Positions 57,372 to 64,000 of a stretch of 64,000 bases of DNA are shown here, piece by piece. The position numbers and the translations under genes were made by a program. The notes beneath the pieces were generated by a model that worked only from the letters and a program-made list of their open reading frames with translations, ran no database searches and was not told the DNA's origin. Source of the stretch: an uncultured Verrucomicrobiae bacterium (GTDB lineage: Bacteria > Verrucomicrobiota > Verrucomicrobiia > Limisphaerales > Palsa-1400); contig CAVXRD010000002.1 in NCBI GenBank assembly GCA_963764165.1, forward strand, positions 736,001 to 800,000, in the 5' to 3' direction. How positions within the stretch are numbered: the first letter of the stretch is position 1; each line of letters starts with the position of its first letter.

Positions 57372-58492
57372 GATTGAATGAGCTGCTGGAAATCTTCCAG
57401 ATAACGATCCGCCACCCGGGCCACCGAAAATGTCTCCGCCGTGGCGCGAGCTTGTTTTCCCACCATGGCGAGACTTCCGGGGTTTTGCAACAGCAATCCT
57501 AGCTTGCTTGACAATTCGGACACGTTATCCGCCACGCGATGATCGAAGACAAACCCGTTCTCGCCATCGCGAATAAAATCGCGGAAGCAAGCCAGGTTGG
57601 AAACCATCGCCGGACACTGCGCGGCCATCGCTTCCAGCGGCGCCGCGCCAAAACTCTCGCCGGTTTCTGCAAGGGACGGGTACATAAACAAATCCGATTC
57701 TTCGTAATTCTTCCTGAGCGCCGATTCCTTGAATTCCGGCTCGCGAAATTCAATTCGGCTTTCGATGCCTGAAGCGATCCCTTTTAATTTCCGCAAAAAC
57801 TCGCCGCCGCCGCCGCCCTGCCCAACTTCCCAGGGTCCAATGATTCGCAATTTCCAGCGTTCCAATCCTCCTCGAACCAACGACGAAAACGCTTTCAACA
57901 GCATTTCCAGTCCCTTCTCGGGATGAATGCGCCCGGCGTAACAGACGCGGTATTGGATGCCGCTTCTGACGGCAGAAGCCGCCAGCATTTCGTCCGACAA
58001 CGGGACCGGCAGAACGCGGACCTTGTCGGCAACGTCCGGCGTTTGTTCAATGATCGCATCACGCACCGCGCAACTGACCGCCTGCAAACGCGCCGAGCGC
58101 CGGTACAAACCCATCTGGCGTTTTGGAAACCGCGCCACATGAACGCAAATCAACCCGGCGCTTTTTCGCCGGCACACGATGGGCAGCCAGAATGTATGTG
58201 TCACCATAATCTGCGCATCGGGCAATGCGCGCGCCACTCGCAGCGAATAAATCAAATCCAGCATCTTCAGCCACGCCAGCGATTTCGTCGTCTGAAAACC
58301 GGGGACGCGGATATGCTGGACGCCGCTGATGATTTCTTGCGAAGGGAAATCTGGAAAGGCGCGCGAAATGTGATTCACAGAATGCCCGCGCCGCGCGAAT
58401 TCCTTGCCGAGGTTGAACCACCATTTCTCGACCGCGCCGCCCCGCACCGGCGGCACGGGGAAAAATGCGCCTTGCGCGATGGTGATTTTCAC
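57359..58492 (-). CDS. Glycosyltransferase family 4
   Basis: PVPP..GGAVE, YAGRIHPEKG, GESFGAAPLEAMA. Confidence 0.92.
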   Translation of the reverse strand: MKITIAQGAFFPVPPVRGGAVEKWWFNLGKEFARRGHSVNHISRAFPDFPSQEIISGVQHIRVPGFQTTKSLAWLKMLDLIYSLRVARALPDAQIMVTHTFWLPIVCRRKSAGLICVHVARFPKRQMGLYRRSARLQAVSCAVRDAIIEQTPDVADKVRVLPVPLSDEMLAASAVRSGIQYRVCYAGRIHPEKGLEMLLKAFSSLVRGGLERWKLRIIGPWEVGQGGGGGEFLRKLKGIASGIESRIEFREPEFKESALRKNYEESDLFMYPSLAETGESFGAAPLEAMAAQCPAMVSNLACFRDFIRDGENGFVFDHRVADNVSELSSKLGLLLQNPGSLAMVGKQARATAETFSVARVADRYLEDFQQLIQSCSP

Positions 58493-59652
58493 AGGCGTTT
58501 GGCAGCGTCCGATTGCATGATCGCCAGAAAACGATCCGTTACCGCGCCCAATTCAAATCGTGTTTGGAAACATTTGAACGCGCATCGGGCAAATTCAGCC
58601 CGCTGAGGCGCGCTGAGCGCGAGCCACTTTTCCAAGAGCCGGGTCGTGCCTGCAGCATCGTCGGAATCAATCATGCCGCCTTTGTCCGCTTCGATTTCGC
58701 GCCAGATATTGACTTGGTTTGAAATTAAAACTGGAAGCCCGCAGGCCAGCGCCTCGACGACAGCGATGCCAAAATTTTCCTGATGCGACGGCAGCACGAA
58801 AACTTCCGCGCTGCGCATCGCGCCCCATTTCAATTGCACATCAATCATGCCAAGCCACGAGACTCGGTCGGCAATGCCAAGTGCCGCGCAGCGCTCTTGC
58901 AAAGTTGCTTTCCAATCTATCTGATCTGGCCCCGCAAAAACCAATTGCAGCGAAGCATCCCGGCCTGCGACACAAGCAAACGCTTCGATTACGAGGTCGC
59001 AGCCCTTCTTGGGATGAATCCGGCTTAGAAATAATAATATTCGTTTTCCCGAAAGCTCCGGATACCGGGCGAAAAACGCCGCGCGCTGCGCAACGGGATC
59101 CCCGTCGGGCAAATTGGTCCCCTGCCCCGCCACAATTTCGTTTGCCTTGTAGAGCCAGAACGATTGGCGCGCCAGCCGCCGCTCTTCCTCGCAGCAAAAC
59201 AAAACGCCGCGCGCATCGCGCAATACAGGATACTCGCCCCAAGGCCAGTAGAGCCATTTGCGCAAATGCTTTAACGGAAAGGCGCGCTTGAACCACGGGT
59301 CAAGCATCCCATGCGGAAAAACAAAATAGGGCGTGCGCGTGCGAAGGCAGGCGCGGCGCATGGCGAAATTGTTGTATTGCCAAAGTCCATTGCCGATCAC
59401 CACGTCCATTTCAGAACTTTTATTGACAAGCCATTTCTCGAAACCGCGCGCGAAACCGTAGCTGGTGAAGTGAGGCCCGAGTCCATAAATCTTGCATGGA
59501 AAGTCCGGCAGCCACCGTGAATCAGGCGGGTCGAGAGTCGCCACTTCAACTTGATGCCCGCGCTGCGCCAGCAGTCGCGCGCTCTGGCGCACGCCCTCAA
59601 TCGTGCCGCCCACGCGCGGATCGGCTGAATGAATGCAATGAAGCAGCTTCAT
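58489..59652 (-). CDS. Glycosyltransferase family 4
   Basis: PHGMLDPW, FLSRIHPKKG, LPSHQENFGIAVVEALA. Confidence 0.92.
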   Translation of the reverse strand: MKLLHCIHSADPRVGGTIEGVRQSARLLAQRGHQVEVATLDPPDSRWLPDFPCKIYGLGPHFTSYGFARGFEKWLVNKSSEMDVVIGNGLWQYNNFAMRRACLRTRTPYFVFPHGMLDPWFKRAFPLKHLRKWLYWPWGEYPVLRDARGVLFCCEEERRLARQSFWLYKANEIVAGQGTNLPDGDPVAQRAAFFARYPELSGKRILLFLSRIHPKKGCDLVIEAFACVAGRDASLQLVFAGPDQIDWKATLQERCAALGIADRVSWLGMIDVQLKWGAMRSAEVFVLPSHQENFGIAVVEALACGLPVLISNQVNIWREIEADKGGMIDSDDAAGTTRLLEKWLALSAPQRAEFARCAFKCFQTRFELGAVTDRFLAIMQSDAAKRL

Positions 59653-60740
59653 TTTCGAGCAACACTTGCTTTGGCCGCCAGCCGTTCACGCACAGCCGCA
59701 GAGACTGCTTCAACTGAAATCGTCAGGATGCATTTGCCGTTGATTTGTTTGCACGGTTCCGCGCAAGTCTCGCATCGGCTCTTTGCCAGCAGCACAATAT
59801 TCTCATCCCCTCGTGGATACCACTGGCCTGGCGGGCTTTGGGCGGAGAACAGCGCGACACACGGCGTTCCGACGGCGGCGGCCAAGTGCATGGGGCCGCT
59901 GTCGTTTCCAATAAACAGCGCCGCGCGCCTCATGATGGCCGCGCTGACTCGCGGCGAAATCCTGCCGCACAGGTTGGCCACTGGCGCATTCCAGGATGAC
60001 GCGCATTTGTCAACAATACTCTTTTCGTCGTCCGATCCAACGGCCAGCAGCGCGAGGCTTGGAAATTGTTTCGTCACCCGAGCCAGCAGCCTCTCCCAAT
60101 TGGCCGCGCCCCAATCTTTCCCCGGCACTTTTGTCCCCATCCCGATGGCCAGAAACGGCTGCGTCAGGTCGAAATCTCGAATAAGCTCGCCCGCGCGGCG
60201 AATCTCTTCATCTGTCAAACACAAATCCCAATTTCGATCATTGCCGAGGTCGATTCTCCCGAATGAAGACAAACGCCGCGCCAGTCGGATGGATTCCGCC
60301 TCAAACAATCCGGGCGCGATCTCCGCAAGGGCAAGATCCTCTTTCCGAAATGGCACTCCGACGATGCGCTTGATTCCGCAGGAGCGAAAAAAAACATAAT
60401 CGCGCAGGCTGCTTCCAAATCCGCGCGCCGCCGCCAGATCCACCAGCACATCGAACCGTTGCGCTCGAATTTTTTTTCGAAGGGCGTTGATTTTCGAAAA
60501 CTCGCGCAGCTGAAGCGGATACTCCATTACGTCATCAAACAAGCCCGTATGTTCGAGAACGCTGGCTAACGGCGCGGCCTTGGCGGCAATGGGGACGTTG
60601 GTCAGCACCGTGATATTGGCCGCGGGAAACTTGCGGCGCACGGCGTGAAAGCACGGCAGGGCAACAATCGTGTCGCCCAGGCTGCCGAGCCGATAAATCA
60701 ACACCCGTCTAACCGATAACTCGCCGCCTGTGCTCATCAT
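59649..60740 (-). CDS. Glycosyltransferase family 9 (heptosyltransferase-like)
   Basis: RLGSLGDT...P, K.W, NLCG, FIGNDSGPMHLAAA.GTP; ATGA overlap with the upstream gene. Confidence 0.9.
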   Translation of the reverse strand: MMSTGGELSVRRVLIYRLGSLGDTIVALPCFHAVRRKFPAANITVLTNVPIAAKAAPLASVLEHTGLFDDVMEYPLQLREFSKINALRKKIRAQRFDVLVDLAAARGFGSSLRDYVFFRSCGIKRIVGVPFRKEDLALAEIAPGLFEAESIRLARRLSSFGRIDLGNDRNWDLCLTDEEIRRAGELIRDFDLTQPFLAIGMGTKVPGKDWGAANWERLLARVTKQFPSLALLAVGSDDEKSIVDKCASSWNAPVANLCGRISPRVSAAIMRRAALFIGNDSGPMHLAAAVGTPCVALFSAQSPPGQWYPRGDENIVLLAKSRCETCAEPCKQINGKCILTISVEAVSAAVRERLAAKASVARK

Positions 60741-61891
60741 AATTTCGAAGCCAGCCCCTCCGCGGCGGCGCGGATCGAATAATCTTCCATCGCCTTGGCG
60801 CACCAATCGAAATCGCGCGGAAATTTGCTCAGAGTTTGAATCGCGTCGGCGCACGCTGCCGCGTCGTCCACCGGAATGACCCGGACGCGCTCCCATGTTC
60901 CGAATTCCACCGCGCAGCCGACCGCCTCGGACACAATGACAGCGCACCCCGCGTGCAGCGCTTCGTTGACCACCAAGCCCCACGTCTCTCCCGCATACCG
61001 CGATGGCAGCACAATCAGATCGGCGGCCAAATAGTAATCATTGATTCCGGATTGATTCACAAAACCCGGAAAATGCGCCTGCAAACAATGCCGCGCGCAA
61101 AGCTCCTTCAAACGCCCCTCAAGTTCTCCAGCTCCAACAAAAAGCAAATGGTTATTCGAACGCGCGGGTTCGGGCAATTTCGCAACAGCGTCAACGAGCA
61201 ATTCCGGATTCTTCTTGTCAATCAGTTTGCCAAAAAAGCCGATCACTTTCGCGTCGCTCGGAATCTTTAATGACGCTCGCAGTTTTAACCGGCGATCTTC
61301 CTTTTCGGAAGCTGCCATCTGTGGCAAGCCGCTCGGAACGCAATACGGCGAACGTGTAAGTTGTCCTGATTTGAATCCATGACTTAGCAAATGCTCCCGA
61401 TTTCGCGCGCCGATAAAAAACGCGTGCGACACCGGCCAATACAATGCCCGATACGCCATGTCGCGCGCGAGCGACTTTAATAACGGGCGTTTGGAAGCTT
61501 CATCCTGCGTTTCCATTCTTATCCAAATCGGCACGCGCAAGGTCAGCGCCGCGTGATAGGCGGCCATTGAGAACGCGTAATTAAACTGGCAAAGCAAAAC
61601 GGCCCGCGGCCTGCGCCTGCGAAGCAGCGAGAAAATTCCCTTTCCGTGGAGGCTGTTCCATGTCGTCAGCGGCTGGCCCCGCTCATTGTTCAGCACGGTA
61701 AACGGATAACCTTCGAGCAACGGCACATCCCATCTCATCGCTTTTTGGAATCCGCGATCCAAATGCCCGCGGACCGAGCAATCGCTCGCGTAGTAAACAT
61801 GAAACGAATCCGGCTTGATACGCTGCAGTTCGCGGTAGACCGGCGCGCGATATTGAACCGGATGCGTTTCAAAAATAAAAAGTGGGTTCAA
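60737..61891 (-). CDS. Glycosyltransferase family 4
   Basis: HPVQYRAP, WDVPLLEGY, GKLIDKK, LPS...ETWGLVVNEA. Confidence 0.92.
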   Translation of the reverse strand: MNPLFIFETHPVQYRAPVYRELQRIKPDSFHVYYASDCSVRGHLDRGFQKAMRWDVPLLEGYPFTVLNNERGQPLTTWNSLHGKGIFSLLRRRRPRAVLLCQFNYAFSMAAYHAALTLRVPIWIRMETQDEASKRPLLKSLARDMAYRALYWPVSHAFFIGARNREHLLSHGFKSGQLTRSPYCVPSGLPQMAASEKEDRRLKLRASLKIPSDAKVIGFFGKLIDKKNPELLVDAVAKLPEPARSNNHLLFVGAGELEGRLKELCARHCLQAHFPGFVNQSGINDYYLAADLIVLPSRYAGETWGLVVNEALHAGCAVIVSEAVGCAVEFGTWERVRVIPVDDAAACADAIQTLSKFPRDFDWCAKAMEDYSIRAAAEGLASKL

Positions 61892-61925
61892 GCGCGTGTT
61901 TTGGAAGAAAGCTCCGCATCGATGC

Positions 61926-62034
61926 GAATGTCATATAATCTCCAAAAATCGATAACATCGGTTACATCGTTGATTATCAACGACATAATCGGTAACAAAA
62001 TCGGCTACATTGCGGTAACACATCGGTAACATTT
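61926..62034 (+). repeat. GTAACA/GCTACA phased intergenic element, copy 3
   Basis: GAATGTCATATAATC..AAAA..ATAACA-TCG-GTTACA-TC-GTTGATTATCAAC-GACAT..GTAACA-N6-GCTACA-N5-GTAACA-N5-GTAACA. Confidence 0.75.
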
Positions 62035-62057
62035 TGGGGTTCGCGGCTTTTTCAAGC

Positions 62058-62939
62058 TTAAGCCAGCCCACGCGCCACAGCCAGAATGTCACCCGGCCAC
62101 CGTTCCTTGACGGCATCCAGCGGATTCTTTTTTAAATCAAAAAACTCATACCCTAGCGGGCCCAGCATGCCCATGAGCAGATCGACAGATTCTGGGTTCC
62201 GCTCAAATATGATAACGGGTTTGAATTTTGCCAACGTTTGCGCCCCTCCCTTGAGGACCAGGAATTCAGCGCCCTCAACATCCAGCTTGATAAAATCGAG
62301 GCGCTTGAAACCTGCCTGCGCGGCGAAGTTGTCCAGGGTGTCGGTGTCGACTTCAATCGGCGCGATGCCCACGCCGGCTTCATGCACCAAACTGCTGGCG
62401 CCCCAATTTGGATTGCCCTCAGAGGGCACGTGAAGCATCACCTTTCCAGTGCGATCCGAAAGCGCCATTTCCGCAATCGTCAGATTGTTGAGGCCGTTCA
62501 ATTTTGCATTTGCCCGCGCGCGTTTAGCCAGCCACGGGACAGGTTCAAAACCGCAGACCGCCGAGCAGCGTTGCGCGAGAAGGCACGCGAAGAATCCAAA
62601 GTTCATCCCGATATCCAGGGCGACCCAGCCGCTCCGCGCATGCTTTGTGACCCACTCGTAAATCTCAACATCCTGCGTCCCATAAAACCACGTCGTCCAC
62701 TCGGTAAACCACCGGGTGGAGAGATTAAACTTGGGGCCACCCCGCCATGGGTTTGAGACAGTTTCCATCCACGATTCCTGCCTCTGGTCAGGATGATGCA
62801 GCGCGCGAAGAAATCTGTCCACGCCGGGAGCGCCGCGAAGATGCGTGCCGACAAAACGCCCGAAAGAATGAACGAATCCAGGCTCGAAAATTTTGGGGCT
62901 TTTGGCGGCGGAATTCAATTGCGGCCGATCAAGTCTCAA
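62058..62939 (-). CDS. FkbM family methyltransferase
   Basis: LDIGMNFG, FEP, ALSD, TLD, FIKLDVEGAE..VL.G. Confidence 0.92.
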   Translation of the reverse strand: MRLDRPQLNSAAKSPKIFEPGFVHSFGRFVGTHLRGAPGVDRFLRALHHPDQRQESWMETVSNPWRGGPKFNLSTRWFTEWTTWFYGTQDVEIYEWVTKHARSGWVALDIGMNFGFFACLLAQRCSAVCGFEPVPWLAKRARANAKLNGLNNLTIAEMALSDRTGKVMLHVPSEGNPNWGASSLVHEAGVGIAPIEVDTDTLDNFAAQAGFKRLDFIKLDVEGAEFLVLKGGAQTLAKFKPVIIFERNPESVDLLMGMLGPLGYEFFDLKKNPLDAVKERWPGDILAVARGLA

Positions 62940-64000
62940 TTCCGGTTTTTGAGGCCGTCTGGGTTTCGTGCCAACGCCTCATTCGTGTCCAGATGGGCCA
63001 GAACAAGCGTCGTGCCGACCGCGATCCAAAACCATACGGAGAGCGGCGGCTGCACTCCCAGTGTCCCAATGACTCCTTCCAGCACAACGTAGGCTGCCGC
63101 CAGACAGCCTGCCGTCACCAGTTGAGGATCGCGGAGCGACATCACGCGCTGCAAGGTGAAGCCAATGGCAAAAAAACGAAATCCCATCCAGACAAACACC
63201 AGATACCACCCGCCCTCGAAGAGCGTGTTCGGCAGATCCGCCTCCCCCCAAACGCCTTGGTTGCGCCATCCCGCCGCGTATGGGCTGACCAGCCCCGACC
63301 CGTTGCTCATCACGCCGAGTCCATAGCCGAAGGTGCTGGCAGGGGCCCCTTCCATCCCGGTCATCCAGTCGAAGAGCGCATAATTCATGCGCGATTTCAT
63401 TTCATTTTCCTGGCTGCGCTCGCCGACTCCCGAACTGCGGGCTTCATAGGCTTGGAACGCTTCCGGGAAATAATTCTTGACGACAAAAAACATGCCAGCC
63501 CCGACCGCAAGTGTGCCGAGGAACGAAGCGCTTGCCTTGCCGTTCCCTTTCACAATGAGCAGAACAACCGCAATCGCAAGAATGGCGCCGTTGCCCAGGA
63601 CGGCGGTGCGCGAACCCGTGACGAAGCTGCTAATCAGCCAGAGGCCGCACAAGCCCACGAACAAGTAGGAGCCGACCCCCTTCTCCTTCTTGCCGGCAAA
63701 ATGATATACACCGAGCATATACACCATGGCATTGAGGTACCAGGCGAATTGCGCGACGAATGGAAAAGTCGCCGATACCCTCAGCTTTCCCCCGGCCGAG
63801 AAGCCGCTGATGTCCGTTCCGCCCACCGAAAGGTTGACCCAGCTAGCCGACGGCAATTTGAGTTGAACCAGCGCCAGAACACCCACTGGAATCAACAGCC
63901 GCACCGGCAAATCAAAGAACTTCTTGAAAGTGTCCTTGTCCGATCTCCGGAACGCCTCCCAAAGCGCGAGCACTATGATCGGATAGAGGACATACTGCTT
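62936..64000 (-). CDS. Polytopic membrane protein, probable polysaccharide polymerase (Wzy-like); 5' end outside the window
   Basis: Frame open to the window edge; R...TF.F, TGSRT, FGYGLG, multiple TMs; in an operon with glycosyltransferases. Confidence 0.65.
   Translation of the reverse strand, partial: KQYVLYPIIVLALWEAFRRSDKDTFKKFFDLPVRLLIPVGVLALVQLKLPSASWVNLSVGGTDISGFSAGGKLRVSATFPFVAQFAWYLNAMVYMLGVYHFAGKKEKGVGSYLFVGLCGLWLISSFVTGSRTAVLGNGAILAIAVVLLIVKGNGKASASFLGTLAVGAGMFFVVKNYFPEAFQAYEARSSGVGERSQENEMKSRMNYALFDWMTGMEGAPASTFGYGLGVMSNGSGLVSPYAAGWRNQGVWGEADLPNTLFEGGWYLVFVWMGFRFFAIGFTLQRVMSLRDPQLVTAGCLAAAYVVLEGVIGTLGVQPPLSVWFWIAVGTTLVLAHLDTNEALARNPDGLKNRN

Noticed and set aside
54956..60983. 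Long N-terminal extensions in the ORF track (56206, 57327, 60983; also 8647, 8958, 14418, 26860, 32360)
   Set aside because: They overlap neighbouring genes in other frames; internal starts give coupled operon junctions and family-typical N-termini
1..64000. tRNA, rRNA or riboswitch genes; numerous antisense ORFs
   Set aside because: No recognisable RNA gene was seen by eye (an Infernal/tRNAscan run would be decisive); antisense ORFs are expected shadows in GC-rich coding DNA

Overview
GC-rich bacterial DNA, probably Verrucomicrobiota. This is an inference from the PEP-CTERM-like and autotransporter-repeat proteins, the STDLxxW...FYR C-terminus and the REP types. Most of the window is a large exopolysaccharide/cell-surface glycan locus. 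It holds Wza, Wzc, two WcaJ-type priming transferases, GT2/GT4/GT9/WecB glycosyltransferases, fcl, an epimerase, an O-antigen ligase/polymerase, a NusG/RfaH paralogue and many decorating enzymes, plus several large secreted Thr/Asn-rich surface proteins. Two systems stand out. (1) A 15-kb polymorphic-toxin island (25.4-40.1 kb) has a Sec-signal Rhs protein with a GH-E nuclease tip and an ankyrin immunity gene. Orphan Rhs-toxin/immunity cassettes follow. After every immunity gene sits a 340-440-bp repeat carrying a promoter-like motif and a signal-peptide start (MIWRVI...). In three of four copies this start is fused in frame to Rhs sequence. (2) An FkbH-ACP-SGNH-microprotein-MBOAT operon has a neighbouring MaoC/SDR pair and an unannotated 43-aa DltX-like peptide ending IVYGGF. 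It looks like a Dlt-type machine that would put glyceryl or lactyl groups on a polysaccharide. Also found: a 280-bp ISL3-type MITE with an 8-bp target duplication, inserted into one of three copies of a phased GTAACA/GCTACA intergenic element, and several REP-like palindromes.
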